A DNA stretch of 64,000 nucleotides. Origin: Candidatus Omnitrophota bacterium (GTDB lineage Bacteria > Omnitrophota > Gorgyraeia > Zapsychrales > Zapsychraceae). Shown here in pieces: positions 48,408-57,500 of this stretch (position 1 is its first letter; every line of letters starts with the position of its first letter). The stretch spans positions 192,061 through 256,060 of the forward strand of contig JAGQKV010000002.1 of the NCBI GenBank assembly GCA_020429915.1, written 5' to 3'. The notes below the pieces were generated by a model, which was not told the DNA's origin, searched no databases, and worked only from the letters and a program-made list of their open reading frames with translations. Both the position numbers and the translations under genes were made by a program.

Positions 48408-49010
48408 CTAATCTTCGGCGGTAAACTCGATCTTCAGGGGCAGATGCACTCCCTTGATCCGGTCTTTAACGACCGCCTCCACCGTGTACAAGCCTAACAG
48501 ATCGCTGTCTTCGATCATAAAGGCCATATTATTTTCGGAAAGCTGGATGCTGTTGAGCGGCGAATCATTGGGTCCCTGCAAGACCGGGACGTCCTTGAAT
48601 TCCCCGTACACGGACCCGTCGGGGGCAGTGACCTTCAAATCCGCTGTCACATCCGTTGTCGCGTCCGTGGTCTTTCCGGGATTGATGAGCAGCATGATGA
48701 CATGCAGTGTCTCATTTTTCTTGGCGGTGTCGAGTACCGATATGCGGGGCGGTGTGGGTTGGTTCCACTCTTCAAAGAAGCTTTCCTCCACAATCCACAA
48801 CTGCGCGCCGAATCCGGCCTTGGACTTGATATTCTCCGAATCCGGCATGGGGCGTCCCTCCGACAGCCAGCCTTTCTCCGCGATCGCCGGCGAGGGCGAC
48901 GCCCAAGCCGGTCCGTTGACGAGTAATAGGCTGCAGGCAAGGACGGCAACACATTTTATACCGGGAAATTTTCGTTGGATGTACATGATGTCTACGGGGT
49001 GTTTCGGCAT
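48408..49010 (-). CDS. secreted hypothetical protein, candidate leaderless mRNA
   Basis: TATAAT at 49022-49017 lies 6 nt before the ATG at 49010; no Shine-Dalgarno is possible. A signal-peptide-like N-terminus follows. Confidence 0.5.
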   Translation of the reverse strand: MPKHPVDIMYIQRKFPGIKCVAVLACSLLLVNGPAWASPSPAIAEKGWLSEGRPMPDSENIKSKAGFGAQLWIVEESFFEEWNQPTPPRISVLDTAKKNETLHVIMLLINPGKTTDATTDVTADLKVTAPDGSVYGEFKDVPVLQGPNDSPLNSIQLSENNMAFMIEDSDLLGLYTVEAVVKDRIKGVHLPLKIEFTAED

Positions 49011-49190
49011 CTGGCAATTATAGCTGTTTTGGGCCGTCTACTCAAGACGTACGTGTCCGTGCCGCGGAAGAAATAATTCCTTCATTATTGGGGATCCGTT
49101 TTGCTAGAATAGACCGAAACTTTTCACGGACAGGCGGTCGCCATCCAGGGGACCGCCTGGGTTACCACCCCCTACAAAGGACGGGAATAG

Positions 49191-50045
49191 ATGAACGACG
49201 ATTTTAACGCCGGTCTGGGCGGCATGGCCCCCGGGGCCAATTCGGACCCGATCGCCTACAATCACGGCAAGACCACCCGCGAGAACATGGAGATGCAGGC
49301 CGAGGCCAACAAGACGGCCAAAACCAAATATTCGCTGGTTCCGGACCAAAAGGTGGAGGTCTCCGGGGCCGCGGTGGGCTTCCTGATCTTCGCCCCGCTG
49401 TTTTACATTATGTATCCGGTCGGCGGTGCGTTGAATCTGGCCGGTGTGCTGGGCGTCACGGCACTGGTGGAATTCCTGCACGGGATCAAGGCCTACCAAT
49501 GGTTGGCCGGTGGGGCCACGGCATTGATCATGATCCTGCCGGGGTATAAGGTCGAGAAATTCTGCAGCCGTTTCGCGCCGTACCGTTTTCTGCGTCACGT
49601 CCTGCGGGTCGGGTTGCTGGGCTGGTTGATGTTCCTGGCGATCCACTCCGGTGCCCGCAAGACCGGCGGGATTTACACGCCGACCTATGAAATCCCCTAC
49701 ACCGCCATCTTCTGGGGGTTGGTCACCGCTTTTTTTGCCCACCACATCACCCGCATGCTGGACGCCCTCTTGGGCCTGCGTCCGGCGTCGAAGAAGGAAA
49801 TCCTCAAATATAGCCAGGCGCAAGCCGCTCCCGCCGGGAGCTTCACGGAAGGCCCGGTCGAATCCGGGGACCCCGCCCCTGCGACGACACCGAATAAAAT
49901 CAGCAACTGGTGGATTTTTTGGGGGATACTCTACGCGATGGGATTGATTATGTTCTCCAAACACATCAATCCCGTCTACGGGATTCTCGCCTTTGTGGCC
50001 TTTGCGTGGATCAAGGTCAGGATGTACCGCCGCAAACACCGGTGA
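49191..50045 (+). CDS. polytopic membrane protein, the only plus-strand gene I can support in the window
   Basis: 284 aa with six or more TM helices. AAGGA Shine-Dalgarno 8 nt upstream; a terminator-like hairpin immediately downstream. The overlapping 327-aa minus-strand ORF is low-complexity. Confidence 0.6.
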   Translation: MNDDFNAGLGGMAPGANSDPIAYNHGKTTRENMEMQAEANKTAKTKYSLVPDQKVEVSGAAVGFLIFAPLFYIMYPVGGALNLAGVLGVTALVEFLHGIKAYQWLAGGATALIMILPGYKVEKFCSRFAPYRFLRHVLRVGLLGWLMFLAIHSGARKTGGIYTPTYEIPYTAIFWGLVTAFFAHHITRMLDALLGLRPASKKEILKYSQAQAAPAGSFTEGPVESGDPAPATTPNKISNWWIFWGILYAMGLIMFSKHINPVYGILAFVAFAWIKVRMYRRKHR

Positions 50046-50085
50046 CCGCCAGGACCTGTCCCCCGGAAGGGGACTGTCCCCTTTC
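50046..50085. terminator. GC-rich hairpin repeat (gacctgtcccccggaaggggactgtcccctt) between convergent genes, copy 1
   Basis: A nearly identical 34-bp copy at 50528-50562 is followed by ttttt. Confidence 0.5.
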
Positions 50086-50494
50086 ACTCCGGGTCGGCCG
50101 CGATGACGGTCGGCCAGCTGCCTTCTCCCACAAATGTTTGGGTCAAATTCAGCTGCACCTTGTCGTGCGGTTGCATGGTGGTTTTATTTTTGTAGGTCCA
50201 GACCGTGCCGGTGTTGTTCCAGTCCCAGATGCGGACGATGGCCGTTCGCGACGGGCCGGTCAAGGGGGAACACTCCGCCAGTTTACTGCTGTCGGGCCGC
50301 GGGGTGATTTCGCGGATCAGGATGCCCACATCGTAATAGTGGTAATACTCGGTGTCATTCCAGTAATACTCTCCGGAGGCGATCGACAGGACCTCGGCGC
50401 TCACCCGGCAGTCCGCCTTCAACGGCTCTTCGTAGGCATGTGCCGGTGCGCCGATGAGCAGGAGCAGACCCGTTATCAAGATGACATTTTTCAT
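50084..50494 (-). CDS. secreted hypothetical protein
   Basis: Signal peptide MKNVILITGLLLLIGAPAHA. Confidence 0.5.
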   Translation of the reverse strand: MKNVILITGLLLLIGAPAHAYEEPLKADCRVSAEVLSIASGEYYWNDTEYYHYYDVGILIREITPRPDSSKLAECSPLTGPSRTAIVRIWDWNNTGTVWTYKNKTTMQPHDKVQLNLTQTFVGEGSWPTVIAADPE

Positions 50495-50527
50495 ACGCGT
50501 TTCCTTTGTCGTGGCGCGGGGCCGGAA

Positions 50528-50565
50528 GACCTGTCCCCCGGAAGGGGACTGTCCCCTTTTTACTC
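50528..50565. repeat. GC-rich hairpin repeat, copy 2
   Basis: Same 34-mer as at 50052-50085. Confidence 0.5.
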
Positions 50566-50934
50566 GCGCAGTTCTTTCGGTTCCCACAGCCCGATCATGC
50601 CGCCGGCCGGGTCTTTGAGGATTCCCAGCGCGCCCGTGTCCGGGACTTCTTTGCGCTCGACGCAGACTTCCGCGCCCAGCGTCCGGGCCCGTGCGAGCGT
50701 CTCTTCAAGGTTGGCCACCATGACATACGGCATCCATCCGGTGGGCGCCTGCTCCGGCCGTTTCAGAATGCCGCCGCAGATGCCGTCCTCGATGGGGATC
50801 ACCGTGTAATTGCCGTCCGGCGTGTTCGGGCTGGGCATATCCTGTGGCTCCCAGCCGAACAGCTGCGCGTAAAAGGCCTTGGCCTGGTCCGGGACATCCG
50901 TACTTAATTCCATATGACAAAATTTATGCAGCAT
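50560..50934 (-). CDS. VOC-family (glyoxalase/bleomycin-resistance fold) protein
   Basis: 124 aa ORF. Confidence 0.65.
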   Translation of the reverse strand: MLHKFCHMELSTDVPDQAKAFYAQLFGWEPQDMPSPNTPDGNYTVIPIEDGICGGILKRPEQAPTGWMPYVMVANLEETLARARTLGAEVCVERKEVPDTGALGILKDPAGGMIGLWEPKELRE

Positions 50935-50962
50935 GCTGTCTCCTTTCTGTCGCGGACCGGGA

Positions 50963-51442
50963 TCAGCCCGATAATCCCGCCTTGTCCAGTCCGTACTGCT
51001 TGTCCAAAGAGCCCGGCTGGGCCTGAAACGGTACGCCGAAGCGGTTCCACAGATTGATCATGGCCACGGCCATATTCAGTTCCGTCAGCTCCTTCTCGCT
51101 GAAGTGCGCGCGGACTTCATTGTACAGTTCGTCCGACACCGATTGTGCCGGCAGCCGCGTGATCGCCTCGGCCCACTTTAGGGCGGCCTTCTCCCGCGCG
51201 GAGAACAATTCGGATTCCTTCCAGACAGTCAGGTGATACAGGCGCAGTTCCTTCTCGTTGTCGATCTTGGCCTCCTTGGCGTGCATATCCACGCAAAACG
51301 CGCAGTGATTGATCTGCGACACGCGCATCTTGACCAGGTGGATGAGCTGAGGTTCCAATGAGCAGGATCTGATCAGGTTTTCGATCTCGGACAACTTGGC
51401 GAAGGCCTCCGGGAATTGCTGGTAATAGTTGAAACGTGGCAA
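50963..51442 (-). CDS. carboxymuconolactone decarboxylase (AhpD-like) family protein
   Basis: INHCAFCVDMH is an AhpD-core CxxC-H motif. Confidence 0.75.
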   Translation of the reverse strand: MPRFNYYQQFPEAFAKLSEIENLIRSCSLEPQLIHLVKMRVSQINHCAFCVDMHAKEAKIDNEKELRLYHLTVWKESELFSAREKAALKWAEAITRLPAQSVSDELYNEVRAHFSEKELTELNMAVAMINLWNRFGVPFQAQPGSLDKQYGLDKAGLSG

Positions 51443-51494
51443 CGGAGTAATCCTTTCTTTATTCGTTATGACGATAGCGAGCCGACACTGTGTG

Positions 51495-52112
51495 TTACCA
51501 TCCGGACTGACTCACCGATACGGATGATAGAAGCGCCCGCAGGCGCTCGGCATTATTCTTGACCGCACCCAGCGGGCCGGTCAATTTGAAAAAAACGGTC
51601 TGCGTGGGCAACTGCAGGATGCTGGCGATCATCGAGGGGGTATCTTCGCCCGCGTTTTCCTGAAACTGCGTGAGATCCACGAAGTACGTCTCAGTCCCGT
51701 CACTGATCGCGACGGTTTCCAGATTGTCCATGTAGGCCGCGAACAATTCCGGCGGCATATTGAGGTCGATCTGATTTATCCAGCGCTGAATGTTGCCTTC
51801 AACGCCGCCGGCCATCCCTTTCAGCGCGATCACCGAACATTCGACCGCCTCGCCCGACGTCGGGGTAAAGGTGGCCATGCGCATGCCGCTCCCCTTCGCC
51901 TCCTGCCAGCCGTCGGGAGTCGTCCACGTCATGGGGGCGTCGGCGACCGATTCATCCAGCATCTTTTGGATATGCGGATCGTCGGTCTGCATCTGCATCG
52001 GGAGTTGCGCGAGTTGAAATGCGGGTCCGGAGGATGCCGCCGGAGGCACGGCCGAAAAGACCGCGGCGGTGACGACAACCGCCGGTATCCAATATGAGGT
52101 GAGCTTAGACAT
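51495..52112 (-). CDS. secreted hypothetical protein
   Basis: Start taken at MSKLTSYWIPAVVVTAAVFSA, a signal peptide. Confidence 0.5.
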   Translation of the reverse strand: MSKLTSYWIPAVVVTAAVFSAVPPAASSGPAFQLAQLPMQMQTDDPHIQKMLDESVADAPMTWTTPDGWQEAKGSGMRMATFTPTSGEAVECSVIALKGMAGGVEGNIQRWINQIDLNMPPELFAAYMDNLETVAISDGTETYFVDLTQFQENAGEDTPSMIASILQLPTQTVFFKLTGPLGAVKNNAERLRALLSSVSVSQSGW

Positions 52113-52167
52113 GATCTTATTTTTCCTTCCTGGGTTGATCGGTTCGATTGACGGCTGCCGGTTCCCG

Positions 52168-52617
52168 TTAGCCGTCCGGAATTTCCGGTTCCACGAGCCG
52201 GGCCAATTGCGCGAGAGATTCCTGCCAGCCCAGATAACAGCCCTCGGACGGGATCGCCGCCGGGACACCCTCCTGAACAATATGGACCTCGGTCCCGCAG
52301 GACACCGGCTTTAAAGTCACGGTCGTCTGCATTTCCCCGGGCAGGTTGGGGTCGTCAAAGCTGTCGGAGTACCGGATGCGCTCGTGCGGAACCAGCTCCA
52401 GATAGGTCCCCCCGAACGTATGGCCGTGGCCGGTGGAGAAATTGGTAAAAGACATCCGGAACTTGCCGCCCTCCGTCGGTTCGAGTTCATGGACGGTACA
52501 GGTAAATCCGTACGGCGGCAGCCACTTGGCCTTGGCTGCGGGATCGAGAAAGGCTTTATATACTTTTTCGGGACGGGTCTTCAGGACGCGGTGCAGTGTG
52601 ATTGTACTGGTGGACAT
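52168..52617 (-). CDS. SRPBCC (Aha1-like) domain protein
   Basis: 149 aa. A conserved promoter module at 52686-52681 and an AAAGGAG Shine-Dalgarno lie upstream. Confidence 0.65.
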   Translation of the reverse strand: MSTSTITLHRVLKTRPEKVYKAFLDPAAKAKWLPPYGFTCTVHELEPTEGGKFRMSFTNFSTGHGHTFGGTYLELVPHERIRYSDSFDDPNLPGEMQTTVTLKPVSCGTEVHIVQEGVPAAIPSEGCYLGWQESLAQLARLVEPEIPDG

Positions 52618-52769
52618 GTGTGCTCCTTTGTGACGGGTGGAGATTTCTGGAGGCGGCTTCAGGGTGAAGTGTTAGCCGCAATTATAACTGTTTTTTGGGG
52701 GAAGCTCAAGCCTCCGGATTGTGCCTCAGGAAAAAGCGGAGACTCAAAGATTGGATGAGTGGACCGGGT

Positions 52770-53459
52770 TTACGGTTCTCCGACTATGGATGACTGCCTC
52801 GGGACGGCCAACTTGCGACGGATGACGTGCTGCGTCCAGAAAAGGCCTGCCAGCAGGGCGAGTACCCCGGCGAGTTCCCACCACAACCGCGGATCCGACT
52901 TGATCCCGATCAGGGAATGACCCAGCCCGACATGCGCCAGGGTCCCGGGGATAATCCCCAGCATCGACGCGACATAGTAGTCCCGGAAACGGACCTTGGT
53001 CAGGGCCAGCCCCACGTTTTGCACATCCAGCACGATATTGGGGATCAGGCGCAGGACGAAGATGGTCCAGAAGGCGTTGCGTCTCAGATAACGGTCGATA
53101 AAATCCAGCCTCCCTTTGATCAGCCGCTGGGCGGCGTCGTGCGCCAGATAGCGCGCGGCGAGAAATTGCAGCAGCACACAAAAATTGAGGCCGATCAGCA
53201 TATAAAGAAAGCCCGCCCAACCCCACACCACCCCGGCCAGGGTCGTGAGTACGGCCAGCGGTACGAGCAGCAGGCTCCGGACCTGGATAAACAGGATGAA
53301 CACCAGCGGTCCCCAGGCACCGTAAGATTCGATCCGGCTCTGCAGGCCGTCGACCGGGACGCGGGAGAAATCGACGTATAGAATATAGTAAATCACCGCA
53401 GCGGCAACGATCACTCCGCCAAGGATAGCGAGCTTTATCCAGCGTTTGCGAAACGGCAT
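52770..53459 (-). CDS. TVP38/TMEM64 (DedA-related) family membrane protein
   Basis: 229 aa, multi-TM. Confidence 0.65.
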   Translation of the reverse strand: MPFRKRWIKLAILGGVIVAAAVIYYILYVDFSRVPVDGLQSRIESYGAWGPLVFILFIQVRSLLLVPLAVLTTLAGVVWGWAGFLYMLIGLNFCVLLQFLAARYLAHDAAQRLIKGRLDFIDRYLRRNAFWTIFVLRLIPNIVLDVQNVGLALTKVRFRDYYVASMLGIIPGTLAHVGLGHSLIGIKSDPRLWWELAGVLALLAGLFWTQHVIRRKLAVPRQSSIVGEP

Positions 53460-53642
53460 CCGACAGCCTTTTGTGCGGGGAGGTTTCCGGAATACTTTCT
53501 TATTGTATATGAAGGGCGCCCGGCCCGGGGTATAAATTCCGGGTCAGGCGCTTTTAAGGGGTGACGGGGAATCGGAAAGGCGGCGCATCTGTCAGGATCG
53601 TCCCACGCAGGTGCGAAGCCCCTTCCCTTACGGGAACCGAAT

Positions 53643-54590
53643 TCAGCTCTGCCGGGGCGAGCCGAGTTTATCCTTGAGCTTGCCGATCTGCTCGTCCAGA
53701 TTTTCTTTCCACTCGGAGGCGCTGTTTTTGATCTTGGTCTGTAGACCGTTGATCTTGGAGAGCATTTCCTCCTTCATTTGCTCGTGTTTCAGCTTGCTCA
53801 ATTTCTTATTTTGGGTATTGATCTGGGCGCGCAGATCGTTGTCGGCTTGTGTGCCGTAGCCGAGGACGGCGGACAGAGTCAAGGCGTCATTAGCCTCTTG
53901 AAGCAGTTTGACGGCATGTTCGCGGTCGGTCTTCTCGGCAACGATGGCCTCATCAATGAGGCCCTCGGCGGTGATGGTCGGGATCGGAATAACGTCGGTA
54001 TCCACGACGAACATCGACAAGGCTTCTCTTAAAGACCGGCGGGCTTCCCATTTTTCGCCGTTCTCCAGCAGTCCGAGGGCCTCGTTCAATTTATTTTTGT
54101 AAGTGATCACCGGAACGGACAGGACTTCAACGTCCACCTCGTCCACCATGGGTGCCAGCAGCGCGCGGGCCGCCTGAACATTATCCATCGCCAGCACCTC
54201 CTGGGCTGCGGCCTTGTGCTGCATGGCCGTTGTCAGGTCGTTGACGCCCATCATGATCTGTACATCCGCCTGGACGGGCAGCATGGACATTTCCGGATTG
54301 GCGGAGATCGCCGCGTCGATTTTGCCGAGAGCCTTCGTTATCTCATCTTTGGCTTCATCGGGTTTATCCTCCTCTAATAATTGATAAGCCGTCCGGGTCA
54401 ATTTGATGCCATCCACGGCTTCATCGACTATCCGCGCCGTCTCGCGCTCGAGTTCTTCAGTCTTTTTTTTCTGGACCGCGTGACTGACCCGCTGGTCTTC
54501 GCTTTTCTCGGGATTCTGGGCTGCCGCCAGTTGCGGTGACAGTCCGGTTAGCATGATCGAAATTGCGCATAAGAGTTTTAAGCTTTTCAT
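53643..54590 (-). CDS. YfdX-family periplasmic protein
   Basis: 315 aa, signal peptide; ...LENGEKWEARRSLREALS... resembles YfdX repeats. Confidence 0.6.
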   Translation of the reverse strand: MKSLKLLCAISIMLTGLSPQLAAAQNPEKSEDQRVSHAVQKKKTEELERETARIVDEAVDGIKLTRTAYQLLEEDKPDEAKDEITKALGKIDAAISANPEMSMLPVQADVQIMMGVNDLTTAMQHKAAAQEVLAMDNVQAARALLAPMVDEVDVEVLSVPVITYKNKLNEALGLLENGEKWEARRSLREALSMFVVDTDVIPIPTITAEGLIDEAIVAEKTDREHAVKLLQEANDALTLSAVLGYGTQADNDLRAQINTQNKKLSKLKHEQMKEEMLSKINGLQTKIKNSASEWKENLDEQIGKLKDKLGSPRQS

Positions 54591-54831
54591 GGTGCCGCTC
54601 CTTTCCGGGCCGCCCCCCGATGCGGGGAGCGGCCAATCGGCATTCAGGTTAATGAGTCTCCGCAGACATCATTTATGGAATGCGAAGGTGCAGGCGGGTA
54701 CCGGACGTCTCGCGGAAGGATCCGCGCGGGACCGGGCCTCTGTGACCTTCACCCTGCTTAAAGAGTAGCAAACGCAGGGTTAGAAGAAGATTAGATCAGG
54801 ATTAAAAAAAATTAATGATCGGCGGGCCGGC

Positions 54832-55515
54832 TTACGGACATGTGATACGCAGCATCTGATTGCCGCCGCGCTGCAGTTCATACGGGACCGGCGTCACGGC
54901 GGCTTGGACAGAGTGACGGCTCAGTTCCGCAAGCACTTCCGGCAGGTGGACACTGGTATGCCCGTTTAAGTCCAACAGCGGAAACACGCGGACTTCCCGG
55001 GCCACCCGTGTCATTTCCAGAACGGCGGCGATATGAAAGGCGGTATCGAGATGCGCTGAATAGGTGAACAACAGATGTGAACACACAGCCAGATCAAAAC
55101 TTTTGGCGGGAAACGACAACTCCGGCAGGCTTTCGGCCCGATAGCGGCCCTGCTCCCTGCCCGCGTCAAAATCCGCGACAAAGGTCTCCATGGCAGCGAT
55201 GCGCGCGTCGACAAGTTCCTGCGGTGTGCGGAACCGTTTCCAGACAAAGACATCCCGATTATTTTGCAGTTGGGCGAGCACCTCTTCTTTGGCGGCTAAC
55301 ACGTGCTCGCGGATTTCCTCAGCCGAATGCCGGTAGAGGGGATCAATCGACACGACCGCATGTCCGTCTTGATGCTGCTTCCGGTTGAATCCGGAAGGCC
55401 CGTCCGCGCAGCTGAGAATGTTCAGCTTCAGATCGGCGGCGGACAGATCGAACATGCGGACGTATTCGTCATGCTGACGCCCCCAGGACACGATTTTGGA
55501 TAATTCAAAACTCAT
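54832..55515 (-). CDS. SAM-dependent methyltransferase-like protein
   Basis: 227 aa ORF. Confidence 0.5.
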   Translation of the reverse strand: MSFELSKIVSWGRQHDEYVRMFDLSAADLKLNILSCADGPSGFNRKQHQDGHAVVSIDPLYRHSAEEIREHVLAAKEEVLAQLQNNRDVFVWKRFRTPQELVDARIAAMETFVADFDAGREQGRYRAESLPELSFPAKSFDLAVCSHLLFTYSAHLDTAFHIAAVLEMTRVAREVRVFPLLDLNGHTSVHLPEVLAELSRHSVQAAVTPVPYELQRGGNQMLRITCP

Positions 55516-55585
55516 GGCGATAAGTATATCGGGCGAACCCTACGGAGATATCATCATGGATGATAGGTCCGGCCGACCGGGAATT

Positions 55586-56422
55586 TTACCGGCACTGTTC
55601 ACCGGAGACGGCCAGTTCGGCAAACGGTTCGCCTTCCTTGTCCTTGTAAAAAAAGGATAGCGTGGCGCCCTGGTCAACCAGGATCCGCAAATTCGGTACG
55701 GTGCATGATTGGGCGATCAGTAACGGTTGCATTGCCTCGATAAAGGCATCCCTATTCAGTTCGGTCGCGCGGTCATTGACCAGGGTGTACCGGTACTGAA
55801 AGGTATTGTCCTGAATCGCGATCTTATCGAGGCGGGTGTCCTCGTCGACCATCAGCGGCAGCTGCGGATCGAGATGGCGCTTGGCCAGCCGCAGGAATTC
55901 CTCGAGGACCGGGGATTCGGCCTGTGGGCAGTCCGAGGCGACTTTGGATTCCGCGAACTCCTCGACGATCCGGTAACCGGCGCCGGTATCTTCGATAACT
56001 AAATAATAGTTGGGATCCGCATAGCACTTGGCCGCTGAGTAGCGGGTGGCATGGATGGTGACACGGTTACCTTCGGTGGAATAACGGACATCCGAATACG
56101 TACTGATGTCGCCCCGTTGCTCCGCCAGCGGCATCACTTTGCCGATGAGCCCCTTCATTTGTTTGCCGCTCATTTCCATGGGATTACGGCGTCCGTCCGG
56201 CTGCAGCCGCTGGGTACGGATTCGGGCATCGTCGGTATACAGGTCGGCCACGGCCGGATCGAAGCTGTGCTCGAGCTCGACAAACCGGTTGAAGAAGGCC
56301 TCCTCCTTTGTTTCCTGGGTCGCGTTTGCGCCGGTCGCGGCGCACACGGACAGGCAGCTGATCGCCACAAGGGTAACGGTCGGAATGAGTCCCGGTCTTT
56401 TTATGGGGTTGGTTGTTCTCAT
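55586..56422 (-). CDS. secreted hypothetical protein
   Basis: 278 aa with a signal peptide. Confidence 0.5.
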   Translation of the reverse strand: MRTTNPIKRPGLIPTVTLVAISCLSVCAATGANATQETKEEAFFNRFVELEHSFDPAVADLYTDDARIRTQRLQPDGRRNPMEMSGKQMKGLIGKVMPLAEQRGDISTYSDVRYSTEGNRVTIHATRYSAAKCYADPNYYLVIEDTGAGYRIVEEFAESKVASDCPQAESPVLEEFLRLAKRHLDPQLPLMVDEDTRLDKIAIQDNTFQYRYTLVNDRATELNRDAFIEAMQPLLIAQSCTVPNLRILVDQGATLSFFYKDKEGEPFAELAVSGEQCR

Positions 56423-56441
56423 AGGATTTTCGACTTTCCCG

Positions 56442-56792
56442 TTAGCGGCCGAATTTCTCGGCGCAGTTAATACACATGGTCGATTCGGGCAGGGCCTTGA
56501 GGCGCTCCAGTCCGATCATGTTTTTGCAATACCGGCAGCGTCCGAACTGTTCGGTATCGATAATCTGCAGGCTGTGGTGGAGTCGCTCGATGTTGGACCG
56601 GGCCACCTGCAGGTTCGCCTCCTGCATCTGCTGGATCTGCATGGCATCCATGCGGGTCAGACGACCCAACGAGACATCCGGTTCCACCGGCTTGGCCGTG
56701 TCTTCGAGGCTAGGCAGGCTGGCCTCGATTTCACGGATGCGCGCCTCGATCGCCGCCTTGATCTCCTCTTTTTCCGCGCGGGTCAGCGTCAT
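56442..56792 (-). CDS. TraR/DksA-family C4 zinc-finger protein
   Basis: C-terminal CRYCKNMIGLERLKALPESTMCINC. Confidence 0.75.
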   Translation of the reverse strand: MTLTRAEKEEIKAAIEARIREIEASLPSLEDTAKPVEPDVSLGRLTRMDAMQIQQMQEANLQVARSNIERLHHSLQIIDTEQFGRCRYCKNMIGLERLKALPESTMCINCAEKFGR

Positions 56793-56861
56793 AGCCGGGG
56801 GCCGCGTCGAAAAAAAGACCGGTTATCGAAGAATGGTCTTTGTGTAACTGTCATGACGCTC

Positions 56862-57317
56862 CTAGCGGTTTTTAAGGTGGATGGCCATCGCGACAATGCC
56901 CCAGATCACGAGTCCGGTGACGCCGATGATGAAGATCCATTTCATCAGCGGCCGGATGTACTTCCGAAAGAACACCGCGACCGAGACCGGTACTGCTATC
57001 GATACGACGCGGTACCAAATCGGCAGCCCCTGCCAGAGGACCTCAAAGGTTTCCGGCTGATTGGCCCAGGGATTCTCTACGGTAGCGGCCTGCCATCCTA
57101 CCAGCATACCGAGAAAACCGAGGCCGCTGAAACTGACCAGGCACAGATACGGGTTGAGGAAAAACGCCGCGAAGATCTTGATCAGCGATTCGCCGAATTG
57201 CTGTCCCGCATCCACGTGCTCCTTGACCATCGGATTGACCGGTTGCCGTCGTCTGGCGCATTCGGGGCACGAATGGGAACTGTTACAGTACGCGTAACCG
57301 CAGATCTCGCAGCTCAT
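56862..57317 (-). CDS. zinc-ribbon membrane protein
   Basis: MSCEICGYAYCNSSHSCPECARRR, then three TM segments. Confidence 0.55.
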   Translation of the reverse strand: MSCEICGYAYCNSSHSCPECARRRQPVNPMVKEHVDAGQQFGESLIKIFAAFFLNPYLCLVSFSGLGFLGMLVGWQAATVENPWANQPETFEVLWQGLPIWYRVVSIAVPVSVAVFFRKYIRPLMKWIFIIGVTGLVIWGIVAMAIHLKNR

Positions 57318-57329
57318 GTGTTTTGTCCT

Positions 57330-57500
57330 TTCTGTGTATTCGACGAATTTTCGAATCCCGAATATACGAGACGAATTCAAATCACGCCATCACCGACTGT
57401 TCAAAACAGATTTGATAATGTTTCAGTGATTTAATCATTCAATGATTCGATATTGTCTCGAAAACTCGAGGATTCGAGTTTTCTATCCTGAATCCGCTTA
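57330..57500. repeat. TTCGAA-module composite repeat, copy D
   Basis: gattcgatattgtctcgaaaactcgaggattcgag plus cgaat units; homologous to copies C and A. Confidence 0.7.

Noticed and set aside
49104-50087. 327-aa minus-strand ORF overlapping the plus-strand membrane-protein gene
   Set aside because: It is low-complexity (Gly/Arg/Pro/Asp-rich) with no start context. The plus-strand ORF has TM helices, a Shine-Dalgarno and a terminator.
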